DNA of 64,000 bases, from positions 97,216,001 through 97,280,000 of the forward strand of contig NC_043003.1 in the NCBI RefSeq assembly GCF_006345805.1, in the 5' to 3' direction. Made by a program: the position numbers and the translations under genes. Below, piece after piece: positions 25,921-40,032 of this stretch (positions are counted from its first letter, which is position 1; the number at the start of each line of letters is the position of its first letter). The notes below the pieces were generated by a model. It did no database searches, was not told the origin of the DNA, and was given only the letters and a program-made list of their open reading frames with translations. Source of the stretch: Octopus sinensis (taxonomy: Eukaryota).

Positions 25921-28379
25921 GTCCATATAACCATTCACGTTACAGAGGTTGGGTGCCTATTTCAGTTCACGAGTGAATCGTCATCACATGTCACACAGTC
26001 GCAAACACATGTCATATAGCTGCAACAGAATGCTGTATCACCAACAACAGTGTGATTTCTCTAAGACATCACCCAGTAATCTATCAAGTCCATTTACACA
26101 TTTCTCAATACATACTGCTGTTATGACTTCCCTCCCTCATTTTATGCCTCAATCATAGATGGGTAGATTGGCTAGTACTGGTAATGCTAGTACAAAAACC
26201 GAATGTCAACTAGTTTCACCCTCTACACATATTCTTGACCGAATCACAAACATCTTCAAAACCAAAGCATCATATGTCCAATACCAAATTGCGAATAACC
26301 ACTATCACAGCCCCAAATGCCACACAACACCTCCAAATACCTGAACTCTATGGGACCTCAGATCAGCTGAGAGTTCTGCAGGCTATCCTTTCTGTTCATG
26401 TATTTCATTTATAACTCATCGACGACGTCTAATCGGATAAGTGGATATCTTATTTAGCAAACTCACATCCGCAACGTACCAAAGACCTTTTCAAAGAAAC
26501 TAGCCTTCCCTTCAGCACAACTACTAATCGTCTAGAAATCTCATCGAACATGCAGTTTGACATGTGCTTTTGTTCCTGACTCTCTGTTCCTATCTCCCTT
26601 GCTTCTCTTTTTCTCCTTTTCTCTGGACTCTCCTTTGCATTTCCGACGGAGGGTTATGCTTGAAACATCATATTTATGCTCTAAACTTTCCCTTTATAAC
26701 CATTTTTTCCGAAAGTCAAACTAATACTTATTCACTCCGTACGTCCCTTGAACTTTTAATACTTTTGTGTTGGAATTTGATGTTTTTGTGGTTTGTTTTT
26801 TATTTGCCGCTATGGTATAACTCCTCTACGCCTAATAGGGGCTGCTGCTACCTACAGGGATACTTAGAAAGCATTCACATTCAAAGAAATTGCCTCTCGA
26901 CTGATTAGCATGATATCGCACACCAACGCATTCCAACATGTGTCCTACATACGGGTTGCTTCTATATTTTCTTATTTTCTTCGAGTACTACAATGATCTC
27001 TACACATCAGAGAAAGCTAGTCTCACACCAACTCCATTCAGGCACCTCTGTGTCATTCGTCTCTCCTTCCTTTTCTCACCAAGCCACGAACTGCTCTAGC
27101 CATTACTTCCAGTCTTTTCACTCCAGAACCCCTAGAATTCTCTTTCCGCGCACTTTTTATTTTCTTTTTTTTTCTGCGGCTATTGACTTGCAATTGTGCA
27201 AACATAACGTCACTACATCAATTTAATCCATCTCAGATGTCCTACAAATGTTTTGGGGCTTTGACCACAACTGAAAAAAAAATCAATTCAAGGCAATACC
27301 TGACTTAAAATGAGGAATGATCTTATGATCTGCAGGCTTTACAAATCGCGGATAACTAGGTAAAATATTTTTTAAAAATACATTTCTATATGCGTGTATG
27401 CGTTGGTGTGTGATTGTGTATCTTGGCGTTCAGACGCGTGTGTATATGTGTGGGCGTGTATATAAATATATAAATATTTGCACATATATAAATATATAAA
27501 TATTTGCACATATACACACATATACACATATACACACACATATTTATATATATACATATATACACATGCATGTATATACATGTATGTATATATATGTGTG
27601 TGTGTGTATGTGTGCGTGTGCGTGCGTGCGCGCGTGTGTGTGTGTATATATATACATTTATAGACATACAGATAGATATGCATATCCATGTATATATATA
27701 ATTATATATAAATATATAAATATTTGCACATATACATTTATACACACACATATATATATATACATATATACACATGCATGTATATACATGTATGTATATA
27801 TATATGTGTGTGTGTGTATGTATGTATGTATGTATGTATGTATGTATGTATGTATGTATGCATGCACGAAAGGATCATTAACGAGTGTTCGGCTGTGTGT
27901 AATTTATCTCCTTTAAGAAAAAAACATACGAGGAATGTTTTCTCTACTAAATTTGTTAAATTGTATCGTGTTGTAGTAGAAAACAGAGATAAAGCTGAAA
28001 TATCCACAAACTTTATCATTAGTTTATCTGTTTCTATAAATGTCAATAGCATAATTAGAACACATGGTATTTAGACTTTTATATCGAGTTCTGGCATACG
28101 TGTGATATGTCGTACTGGTCGTTGATCATAGTTCCTTATTATCGTGTATGATGGTGGTGGTAGTAGTGGTGGTGGTGGTAGTAACAGGGATGAACGTAGT
28201 TATGATGGGGGACATAGTTTTTTAGGGTTCTTTTGGGTTTTTTTAATATTTTACAAGACGTTCGTTGCTGGGGGTAGGTATGGCTTCCATAGTTATTTGT
28301 TAATATTGCTAAGATGATGGTTACTGTGGTAGATATGATGATAAGAGCAGTATGTTGCTGGTGATAGTAATGGTGATCT

Positions 28380-28598
28380 GGCAGAAACAGTAGCACGCCG
28401 GGCGAAATGCGTAGCCGTATTTCGTCTGCCGTTACGTTCTGAGTTCAAATTCCGCCGAGGTCGACTTTGCCTTTCATCCTTTCGGGGTCGATAAATTAAG
28501 TACCAGTTACGCACTGGGGTCGATATAATCACTTAATCCGTTTGTCTGTCCTTGTTTGTCCTCTCTGTGTTTAGCCCCTTGTAGGTTGTAAAGAAATA
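28380..28598 (+). mobile_element. SINE family A with TSD
   Basis: 14-bp TSD agtaatggtgatct at 28366-28379 and 28599-28612. Confidence 0.9.
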
Positions 28599-31500
28599 AG
28601 TAATGGTGATCTATTTGAGGCGTTGATCTAATAGTTATTGATACTGCGTAGTCCCAGCTTGGTCCTGCAGTAGTAAATACATCTAAAGCAGTCATGAACA
28701 AACTGCGATTCAAGGGACTTTATGAATGACACACCTAACGAATAATTGCCTTGAGTTTCTTCAGTAGTGCGGCCCACCTAATGACGAGCCATAGTTCATG
28801 CAGCCCGCTCCTCGAAAAAATTGCCCATGCCTGATTAAAGCATGTAAGTTTTCAACCAAAGCGATACGCAATCCCTTGATCTGTTCTTCCAAATGTACAA
28901 TACTAGAGGCAGTACTGCATATTCCAACATGGGTATATCGTTCAGAGTTCTAATTTGGACGTATTGTTGTCGTTTCTCTCCAGTTTATTTCTGCTTACCT
29001 CTAGATTTTGGTTGGTTTCGTTTGTCGTTCTGAAGATACTGACGGTTGAATTCTCTTACATAAGCATTTGTTGCTATTGTGATATTTTTTTATTTGTCTT
29101 AAAGGTAGTGCTCGCCGCAGAATCGTTTGCATATTGGGCGAAACCCTTAGCGGGTTGAATTTCTTTAGGTTCCGTGTTGAGTTTCCACCGAGGTCGACTT
29201 TTGGGGTTTCCTCCTTCTGGGGTCGATGAAATAAGTACAAGTTGAGCACTGGGATGATGGAATTAATTAGCCCCCTCCTCCAAAGTTTCAGGCCTAGTGC
29301 TTATAGTAGAAAAGATTTTTTGTGCAGAATCGTTAGTGCATCGATTAGGCAAAATGTTTAGTGACCATTTCTTTTGCCTCTTTACGCACTAAGTTCAAAT
29401 TTCGCTGAGGTCGACTTTGCATTTCTTTCTTTCTTTCGAGGTCAATAAAGTAAGTGTCAGCCAAGTACTGCGACCAATGTGATCGACTAACTCCCTTCCC
29501 TTTAAATTTTGCATACCTCGTGCCAAAAACTAAGACCATTTTTTTACTCTCTTACTGTGAAGATGCGTGGCCTAGTGGTTAAGAATGTTGCACTCACGCT
29601 CGTAAGACCGTCGTTTCGATTCCTAAGCAGAGCTTTCTCCCAGTCCGCTCAGCAATAAATGAGTTCCAGCTGGGAAGTCGATCCTGCGATAGAACGGCGC
29701 CCCATAGATGTGTTGTAATCTCTGACACTCTTACGATATAGCAATTGAGTTGAATTCCGACCTAATGCGTCCAAAGATCTAAGTTTAACAGATCTAAGTT
29801 TAATTAAGATACAAAAGATCTTGTCTCCAGATTTCTTGGAATATTTTGCGTACTTTCTTATCACTTCTTTCTCGTACAAAGAAATTCTGTTACAACTATT
29901 TATTCAGGCTAAAGGAGTATCCACGTACTTTAAAATCAAAATGACTGTTTCTTGTATTCCCGTGTGTTACTCATTATTCTCTCATTTATTCTCATAGTCT
30001 AAGGTCGGGTCTTTCTTCAGATATTCTAAATTGGGAATCAGGCTGACTGTCAGGTTATTGACTCAGTTTCTATCCCCCAAACGAAGCCATTTCACTTTGT
30101 TTATCATACTAACACAGGGTAAATCAAACGTTTCTCCTTTTCTCCTTGGTCAAAATATAGGCCATCTAACTCTAGTTAAACGAAACTTCCTTTCTAAGCT
30201 TTATAGCATCTACTTTGACATCTTTTACACTGTATTCGTATCATTTACTATTGCTGTTTGTTTTCTTTGACCTTGTTCAGTTTTCTCTTGTATCTTTGTT
30301 ATTTCAGCTGTATTCAACGTAATGTTTACTTCGCGATGTGTTTACATAAATATATGTACTTAGGCATATCCTCCACTCTATCGAGACCTCTGTTTCTTCA
30401 TATCACAAGGCGAAAAGTTTTATGGTTGTCAAAATTTATCTCGTAGCATCATTTTGTTTTTTCTGCTATAGTTTACATGCAATTGTTTTCTTGCTTCTTT
30501 TTTTTTTCTTTTTTTTTTTTACTTATAACTGGGTTACAGAAAAGTTGTAGCGTAGGAATATCATTTTGATTCCACTATTTATATCCCTGTTTTAAGCTAA
30601 CAAGAAGCCCACCGGGCAAGTTGTTTCTTGCCCCTGTGGAGTTGATATTTGCAAAACATAATTCAAAATGTTCTTTCGAAAATTCTTAATTCAAAAAGAT
30701 GGCGTCGCCTTCAACAGTTAAACAACAGGAGGTGGGTATGAATTTAGTTGAGGGAAAGTTAGAAACTGCGTCAGGGGTCTCCCCTTCAATCAACCCGTGA
30801 GGACTTACTCCTCTCAAAGTCCATATTTGAAAAGCTACATTACCACCGCCGCTGTTGTAACGTGCGGTGACAATAGCAGCAACAACAACAACTGCAACAA
30901 CAACAACATGCCAAACAAAGAGGAAAACAACCACAAATTGTCAGACTTCGCCACCACCACCACCATCGCCACCTCAACTACCTCAACAAGACGTGATGAT
31001 AGCAATAACATAAACACCAGCAACGACAAAAGCAGAAGCCTGAAAGCTTACTCCCACAACGACCATCACCAACACCGACACTGCGGCTGCATTAGTTAGC
31101 CGTGACGGCAACAACAGCAACAGTGGGGGCGCAATGGCTCAGTGATTAGGGCAGCGGACTCGCGATCGTAAGAACGCGGTTTCGATTCCCAGACCGGGCA
31201 TTGTGAGTGTTTATTGAGCAAAAACACCTAAGCTCCACGAGGCCCCGGCGGATTGGTGAGGTGAACCCCGCTGTACTCTTTCACCACAACTTTCCCTCAC
31301 TCTTTCTTTTTACTTCTGCCACAAAGCTGAGGAACCATGGTGTAACCCACTATGGTGCGGTAAACTTTCAGACCCTAGTCTAGATTGCGAATCCTCTGTA
31401 CCCCCAAGATGGTTCAGCTCTCCACCAGTTAAAAGCCACCGTTTACGGAATGAGGATAACAACGTAGCTTTCGCGCCCGTGCAACCGCCAGTCTATCGCG

Positions 31501-31769
31501 TTGCCACACGCATTCTTAGTAGCATAGAGTAGGCTCGAATTAGAGATTATTCTTTGTGGCTAATGGCGACGAGGAATGCATCACCATCACCACCACCGTC
31601 CCAACAGCCAAGAGTAACAAGGACAATACTGCTCCAACATCTACTACTGATCACTCTGACAACAATACTTCAACTAATATGGCTGTTCGAAGCAGTAACA
31701 GTACCATGACCACAAAGGACAAAGTCATCGCCGGTGTAGCCACAAATGCCCAAATATATGTGACGGACA

Positions 31770-33300
31770 AGCACACAGACCTAAGAAATGTGAAGAGTCC
31801 CTGGAGTATTGGGAAAAGGATGCTTTGTGGAATTTGTTCCGGCTTTTTAAATGCTAAGTTCAAATTCTGCCAAGGTCATCTTTGCTTTTAATCCATCTGG
31901 TCAAAAAAATTAAAGTCCCATTAGAGTAAAGAGTTGGTATAACCAACTAATCTTTCCCCCCATGAAAACCCTTGGTCTTGTGCCTAAATCAGAAACCACG
32001 CTTATTATTAATCTCCCAATATGAGTGAATTTGTTTCTACATTAGAATTTATTATTACGATAAATAAAAACAGCGGAAAGCTGACAGAATCGTTAGCTCG
32101 CCGGACAAACGGCTCAGCGGCATTTCTTCCGGTTTTACGTTCTGAGTAGAAATGCCGCCAGAGCCTACTTAACCTTCTATCCTCGTGGGCTCGTGAAAAT
32201 AAATACAAGTCGAGTAATGGGTCGATGTAATCGATTAGAACTCTTTTCCAAAATTTCAGGACTTGCGCCTATAGTAGAAAAACACTATTATGAAAAGTGG
32301 GGAATTAAAGAATCGGTTGAGCACAACATGTAATACATAGATTTTAGTTAGGCTCGCTTAAGTTCTGAGTGCAAAACCCGCCGATTTGAGTTTTTGTTTC
32401 GTCCTTCTGACATTGGTAGAATAAGCACCAGTCAAATATCGTGCCGATTAGGTCGGCTCTTCCTAGTGAATGTCGGCTTTGTGCCTCTTTTAGAAATCAT
32501 TATATCATTATTATAAGGCGGTGTGCTGGCAGAATCGTTAGCACGCCAAGCAAAATGCCTAGCGGCATTTCATTCGTCTTTACGTTCTGGGTTCAAATTC
32601 TGCGAAGGTCGACTTTGCCTTTCGTTCTTTCGGGGTTGATAAAATAAGTATCAGTTGAGTACTGGGGTTCGATATAATCAATTTACTCCTTCCCTTAAAT
32701 TGCTGGCCTTGTGCCAAAATTTGAAACCATTATTATAAGGCAGCGAGCTGGCAAAGTTGTTACCGCCTCGGGTAAAATGCTAGCCCCTCCCACAAAATTT
32801 CAGGTTTTGTGTATATATTAGAATTGTCATTACGAAATAAGGCGGCAACCTGGCAGAATTTTCAGCATACCGGACAAAATGCTTAGTGGCATTTCTTTCA
32901 GATTTACATTCTGAAATGAAATTCCGCCGATGTCGACTTTGCTTTTCATCCTCTCGAAGGTCGATAAAATAAGAACCAATTGCTCACTAGAGTTGATGTA
33001 ATCGACTAGCATTTCCGCCAAAATTTCAGGCCTTCTGCCTATAGTAGAAAGAATTGTTAATATGATTATGAAGGCGATGCTTATAGTATAATTATTATTA
33101 CTAAGCTGAAGGCGACGAGCTGGCAGAATCGTTAGCACGCCGGACAAAATGCTTAGCGGCATTTCGTCGATCTTTACGTTCTGAGTTCAAATGCCGCCGG
33201 GTTGATGAAATAAGTACCAGCTCAGCACTGGGATCGATGTAATCGGATTACTCCCTTCCCCGAAATTGCTGCCCTTGTGCCAAAATTTTTAAAACCACTA
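31770..33300 (+). mobile_element. Head-to-tail cluster of about seven diverged family A-type SINEs
   Basis: Repeated gg(c)ggcgagctggcagaatcgttagc...gccttgtgcc..aaa..attatta units starting near 31780, 32070, 32295, 32517, 32738, 32840 and 33110. Confidence 0.75.
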
Positions 33301-33854
33301 TTATGAAGCTGGGTATGTATCAAAATCTGAAACCAATGCTACTTAGATTGTTTAGTGGCAGAAATCATTAAGTACTGTACGTACATCTTCATGTTTTTGA
33401 TTGGTTAATTATTCTATTGAAAGCTAGACTCTGTATAGTTTGCAAATCACCCAAAGACTATAAACTGTGATTAATATTATTGTCTTTTGGTTCCCCATAT
33501 TTGTATAAGGACTTCAGTTTAAGTTAGAATTCAAATATTACCTGTGTTTGTTTTCATACAAATGTTTCGCTGTAACACCCCTAGATTCTTCAGAACATTG
33601 TTTTATGTTTGAAGATTGACTAACTACAAACTTATTTAAAGGAGTTCTATGACAATGTTACTAATGTCGGTTAGTGTGGACGCAGAATATCTCTTCCTAA
33701 CAATACGATTTAGGAAGCCATAGCATAACTCTATATCTCTCTCTGATCCTAGTAGTATTATTTCGGAAGCCGTACTATAACGTTATCTCTCTCTTCTTCT
33801 TAGATACTATCAACTAGACTTATGGGAGTAATTATAACCCTCGGCTTCTAAGCA

Positions 33855-33859
33855 TCCTC

Positions 33860-33927
<68 letters not shown>

Positions 33928-34107
33928 TATCATCATCATCTTCACCATCATCATCATCATCATCATCATCGGCGTCATTGTCATCGTTGTTGTCATCGTC
34001 GTCGTCATCGTCATCATCATCGTCGTCGTCGAGGTCGTCATCATTATTTTTTCATCAAAATAGTAGTAGTAGTAACAGCAGCAGCAGCTGCTGCTGTAGC
34101 ATTGTAA

Positions 34108-34152
<45 letters not shown>

Positions 34153-34181
34153 CAGCAGCAGCAGCAGTAGTAATAGTAGTG

Positions 34182-34229
<48 letters not shown>

Positions 34230-34230
34230 C
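33855..34230. repeat. Compound trinucleotide microsatellite (CAC/CAT/CGT then TAG/CAG)
   Basis: Direct inspection; explains the poly-M/L/Y/V ORFs. Confidence 0.95.
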
Positions 34231-35554
34231 ATATATTGCAGCATATACGTTTGGGATCATGTTGTTTAAGAAACTGACGTTTCTTTAATTAATCTTACAC
34301 AACTAAAATGCTCTAATTTTATTTTAGATTTTCTTATTTCCTTACTTTCTTTTCCAATCATGGATGAATTTCTTCGCTGTTCCAATATTTGATTCGGAAT
34401 TAAGTTTAATCTAGTGAGTGTGTCTTAAATAAAATTATCTGCTGGAGATTTTGTTTCAAAGGAGATTTTTTAGGTATTAACTATACACGGATATTCTCTC
34501 GTAAACATTATCAAAAAGTTAATGAGGTATGTGTTTTCAGTCAGACACTATCAGGTCTACAGAACATTAGGAAATTATTATTTACAAACGTTATACATAC
34601 TATGTTATATGTAGGTATGTATGTACACACGTATACGTACACTACGTACGTTCGCCAACACATTCATTAGATAATTACATAAACATACATGCACATAGAT
34701 ATATACTTATGTTCACGTGTTCACATACACACAGAAAGAAACACAGGTATATCACACACATGCACATACACACACAGTGATGCCTTAGATTCTAACAGAC
34801 CTTAGATTCCACCGAGTGATTAAATAAATCTATTTCATGTAATTAAGAACTAATTCGTTTATGTATCCAACTTTATGTGTGTGCGTTCGTATATACGTAT
34901 GTTCGTACAAATCCGTTACGTGCAGCACTCGAGACAACCTATGTAACGAAAACATAGACTAAACACCTTATATTTAATTATCAACGTTATTGCTTTTTCC
35001 ACTCCATCATCCTTACTGTGTATGTTATAGCCAAAAGCTTAACTCTTTACCCGTCGTGCGTATCACATGTGAAACACATGGATGCCAGGGAAATATGTCT
35101 TGTGTACCACATGTGATGGACACGGATGCCATGGAAACATGTGCTGTGTAACACATGTAATACACAAGATATATTTCCCTAACACCCATGCATCATATAT
35201 GAAACCACTTCACCAATTTTTTTCATCCACCAGGAAAGCTTTATATTACTTAGAACGTATGAAACAATCTGAGGAACAAAGATGGACGGCGTTTAGGGCA
35301 AACGTACATTAATGCTTTCGACAGGCAAAGGGCTAAGATATTAATTATTGTGGTGTTAGTGCAATAGTCATTGTTATGGTGATGACTGTGATGATGGTGC
35401 TGTTTGTTATTGTTATAGTTGTGGTAGTGGCTGTGGTGTTTGCTAACACTTTGCTTGTTCTATATATCACATGATACAACAGGGCATATATATATACCCG
35501 AAACACTGTGGTTATGAAGCAAGCTTTTTACCACACAGCCACATCTGCGCCTAT

Positions 35555-35958
35555 ACTCTTTACTCTTTTTACTCTTTTACTTGTTTCAGTCATTTGACTG
35601 CGGCCATGCTGGAGCACCGCCTTTAATCGAGCAACTCGACCCCGGGACTTATTCTTTGTAAGCCCAGTACTTATTCTATCGGTCTCTTTTTGCCGAACCG
35701 CTAAGTGACGGAGACATAAACACACCAGCATCGGTTGTCAAGCAATGCTAGGGGGACAAACACACACACATACATATGTATATATACATATATACGACGG
35801 ACTTCTTTCAGTTTCCGTCTACCAAATCCACTCACATGGCTTTGGTCGGCCCGAGGCTATAGTAGAAGACACTTGCCCAAGGTGCCACGCAGTGGGACTG
35901 AACCCGGAACCATGTGGTTGGTTAGCAAGCTACTTACCACACAGCCACTCCTGCGCCT
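35555..35958 (-). mobile_element. SINE family B
   Basis: Reverse complement of the family B consensus. Confidence 0.87.
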
Positions 35959-36562
35959 ATATAGACCAATTACAATGAATATAGATACAAATAATTATAG
36001 GGTAAATTTAGACGCACTAAGATTTAAGCATATGATATAATAGAATCAATCCTGTAGGCTTAGGTGAGCCAAGTTGAAAGAATTAGGACATAGATAAAAT
36101 GATATTCTAAATAAAAGTGAAAAACTACATAGGAGAAAAAACATAAAAGAAATATATCTTGATAATGATGCAGAAATTAATAATAATATTAACTGTTTCA
36201 AATTTTGGCACAGGGCCAGCAAGTCGATTACAGCGACCCCACTGCTCAACTGGTATTTATTTTATCAACCCGGAAAGGATAAAAAGCAAACTCGACCTCG
36301 GTTGAATTTAAACGGTTGAGCGTAAACGGTTGAGCGTAAACACGGATGAAATGCCGCTAAACATTTTGCCAGACGTGCTAACGATTCTGCCAGCTCACTG
36401 CTTTAATACTTCTAATTATAATGATAATCCTTTCTACTATAGGTACAATGTCTGAAATGTTTGAGGAGGACTAAATTGATTACATCATCCCCAGTGTTCA
36501 GCAGTTACTTTGTTTATCAACCCCGAAAAGATGAAAGGTAAAATCAACATTTCACCCGCCTT

Positions 36563-36566
<4 letters not shown>

Positions 36567-36595
<29 letters not shown>

Positions 36596-36842
36596 AAGAA
36601 GAAGAAGAAGAAGAAGAAGAAGAAGAAGAAGAAGAAGAAGAAGAAGAAGAAGAAGAAGAAGAAGAAGAAGAAGAAGAAGAAGAAGAAGAAGAAGAAGAAG
36701 AAGAAGAAGAAGAAGAAGAAGAAGAAGAAGAAGAAGAAGAAGAAGAAGAAAATCAAAAAATACCTTAGGAATGAGAACCGAGGTTTGAAATTTCCCCAAG
36801 ACACCTGATGAAGGCTGGAGGGTATATCAGCCGAAACGTGTT
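36567..36842 (+). mobile_element. (GAA)n run (about 60 units) plus second copy of the hammerhead-like tail seen at 25749-25840
   Basis: aaaaataccttaggaatgagaaccgagg..ccccaagacacctgatgaaggctggagggtatatcagccgaaacgtgttaa, nearly identical to the 25.8 kb copy; lies between minus-strand family A SINE pieces. Confidence 0.8.
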
Positions 36843-37375
36843 AATTTCGGGCGAGAGGGTGTAAGTCGTTTACACCAACCCCAGTGTCCAACTGGTACTT
36901 ATTTTATCGACCCCCAAAAGGATTAAAGGCAAAGTCGACCTCGGCAGTATTCGAGCTCAGAACGTAAAGCCGGAAAGAATATCGCTGAGTAGTTTTTCCG
37001 ACACGCTAACGACTCTGCGTTTTCGCCGCCTTAATAATTAAGGAAAATTATTGGATTAAAAACTGCAAGAAGTCGAAATTAATAACCTAATGACAACTGT
37101 TAGATCACTTTTGAACAAAAGAACAGAGGCGAGCAAACAAATATTTTAAATATATAATATAATGATTTTTATATGCAAACTTAACCAATATTTTTGCACA
37201 TACAAAATAAGCACATCAATTAATTCATAAATATAGAATTTAGTTTCACATACACATGTCCTTCAGCATGACGACAGCCTTTGGATTAAGATGTATAAAA
37301 GAATAAAAGAATACACACAGACACACACATATATGTAAACATGCATATGTGCTGTGTGTCTATGTATGTGTGTGT

Positions 37376-37451
<76 letters not shown>

Positions 37452-37484
37452 CTCAAAATAAGCAACAAGAACGACTCCGGTAAT

Positions 37485-37570
37485 TTGGTGCGATCGTTTC
37501 GTACTACATCATTTTATTAAATGTTGTAAGTATTACAACAGCTTTAAAATGCTGAGTACTCATCAGCCAA
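37485..37570 (-). ncRNA. Hammerhead in the opposite arm, cleavage site mutated (GUA to GCA)
   Basis: Minus strand TTGG-CTGATGA-GTACT...AGTAC-GAAACGATCG-CA-CCAA. Confidence 0.75.
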
Positions 37571-37765
37571 TTATAGAGGTTTTCCATTAATACAAAAATT
37601 TTCATATCAAGTGGCAACATTATAGAGAAGGTAGATACATAGACAAAGATTTGGATTTAAATATTAAGAACATTTGAGGTAGTGGAGCTTTGTCTATGTA
37701 TCTACCTTCTCTATAATGTTGCCACTTGATATGAAAATTCTTGTATTAATGGAAAACCTCTATAA

Positions 37766-37851
37766 TTGGCTGATGAGTGCTCAGCATTTTAAAACTGTTG
37801 TAATACTTACAATACTTAATAAAATGATGTAGTACGAAACGATCGTACCAA
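37766..37851 (+). ncRNA. Type I hammerhead ribozyme, canonical core
   Basis: TTGG-CTGATGA-GTGCT...AGTAC-GAAA-C(GATC)G-TA-CCAA. Stem I TTGG/CCAA, extended stem II, palindromic stem III CGATCG, GUA cleavage triplet (cut after 37847). Confidence 0.88.
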
Positions 37852-37982
37852 ATTACCGGAGTCATTCTTGTTGCTTATTTTGATTATAATCACCCCATGG
37901 ATTTTTATGGATAACACCATACAGAATTCTGGTGCATCTAAATTAAGTACCATATTCATTTGAATCTAAATTTTTGCTTACT

Positions 37983-38040
<58 letters not shown>

Positions 38041-38401
38041 CATACATACATACATACATACATACATACATACATACATACATACATAAATACATACATA
38101 CATACATACATACATACATACTACCTTCGGAAGGCGGAGTACATGAAACAGGGATAAGTGAAGAAGGGGAATATTCCTTGTGTTGTATGTCTTGTACTCT
38201 GTTTTTTCGTTGTTTGAAAAAGTTCGTTTCCATGTTTTTGTTTTTATGTTTTCGTTTCTCAGTGTTCAACGTTTTTTTATGTCCTGTACCCATACATGCA
38301 TGTATATATACATATAGATGTAGGTATGTACATATATGTATGTATATATGCATATATTCATATATTATTTATATTATTACATACATACATGCATACATAC
38401 A

Positions 38402-38435
<34 letters not shown>

Positions 38436-38516
38436 CATACATACATACATACACATATACATACATACATACATACATACATGCATACATACATACATAC
38501 ACATATACATACATAC

Positions 38517-38547
<31 letters not shown>

Positions 38548-38609
38548 CATACATACATACATACATACATACATACATACATACATACATAGAGAAATGT
38601 ATGCAATAA

Positions 38610-38920
38610 AAGGAGAGAATGATCGTACTATTGAAGTAAGGAAATCAGATATGATCGCAGAGAGCAGAAAAAAGGTGTAATGTGATAGACTTTACAATAA
38701 TATACCGCATTGGAGTGATATCAAAGGAATTGAGAAAATTGCGAAGTGTCTGGAAGTTGTTCCTGTGGTAATTGGTGCATTTGGCATAACATACAAATTA
38801 CTATCGAAGAGAATAAAGGTTATTGAAATTGAAATACATGTTAACATGCAGAAAAGTGCTTCATGTATTTTACAAGAATCCTAAAAAAGTTATTGAGATT
38901 TGAAGAGACTTGGTGTCACC
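38610..38920 (+). mobile_element. 3' relic of an R4/Dong-type non-LTR element (restriction-like endonuclease)
   Basis: Manual translation gives RKSDMI..., KGIEK, EVVPVVIGAFG, MQKSA and RILKKLL, matching the RLE C-terminal V.PVVIGALG...LQK..LLGT.RILRKVL pattern. Confidence 0.6.
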
Positions 38921-39034
38921 AAACCTCATACTTAATTAAATTAGCATGTTATAGCTTTTGTACATTAGATATTATACGTTATAGAACAGATTATTGCTAC
39001 ACAAAGAAAGTTGTTGAAAATTTTATAGTTACTC

Positions 39035-39457
39035 TTACTCTTTTACTCTTTTACTCTTTTACTTGTTTCAGTCATTTGACTGCGGCCATGCTGGAGCACC
39101 GCCTTTAGTCGAGCAACTCGACCCCGGGACTTATTCTTTTTGTAAGCCCAGTACTTATTCTATCGGTCTCTTTTTGCCGAACCGCTAAGTGACGGGGACA
39201 TAAACACACCAGCATCGGTTGTCAAGCAATGCTAGGGGAACAAACACAGACACACAAACACACACACATACATATATATATATATACATATATACGACAG
39301 GCTTCTTTCAGTTTCCGTCTACCAAATCCACTCACAAGGCATTGGTCGGCCCGGGGCTATAGCAGAAGACACTTGCCCAAGATTCCACGCAGTGGGACTG
39401 AACCCGGAACCATGTGGTTGGTTAGCAAGCTACTTACCACACAGCCACTCCTGCGCC
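39035..39457 (-). mobile_element. SINE family B
   Basis: Reverse complement of the family B consensus with (ctcttttact)n tail. Confidence 0.88.
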
Positions 39458-39937
39458 TTACACGACTATAATTCAGAATGTTTATTTTGAAAAATTAATA
39501 TATTAGTTTGGTTTCCTTGGTGCATATATTGCATGTTATTCGATTACCATTGCAATAAGATCGCTTGACACCGCATATATTTCTATTTATGTATACATGC
39601 ATACATATGCCTAAGTCTATTTGCAGCAGCACGCGCATGGGTAGGTGTATGTAAAGACATATCTTTTGTCTTCTACTTTTTACTTGTTTCAATCATTGCT
39701 CATCGGTCATGCTGGTGCAAACAAATCGCTCCTACTCCCCACGGTTTTTTAAAGACTGGTACTAATTCTATCGATCTCTATTTTGACGAATGTTAAATTA
39801 GGGAGCCGTAAGCAAATCAACAGCGGTTGAGAAGTGGTGGCAGGAGTCGACAGTCACAGACACACATCAATAGATATACATACACAAATAGAACATATTT
39901 GTGTATGTACATACACACGCAAACATACAGATGTAAT

Positions 39938-40032
<95 letters not shown>

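Larger units (their letters stand above)
37453..37883. mobile_element. Fold-back non-coding element with a hammerhead in each arm, next to (TA)n
   Basis: 196-bp arms 37453-37648 / 37688-37883 with a 39-bp spacer and a few substitutions. Confidence 0.88.

Noticed and set aside
29700-30480. Possible decayed L1/Tx1-like LINE 3' region on the minus strand
   Set aside because: Too degenerate to read convincing motifs by eye.
31770-33300. CRISPR-like regularly spaced repeats
   Set aside because: Units are diverged SINEs of about 200 bp in a eukaryotic intron; there are no constant short repeats with unique spacers and no cas genes.
37974-38680. Long YIHT/MYVC/poly-L/R/F ORFs here and throughout the ORF track
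   Set aside because: Translations of (TA)n, (CA)n, (TATG)n, (GAA)n and (ATT)n microsatellites.
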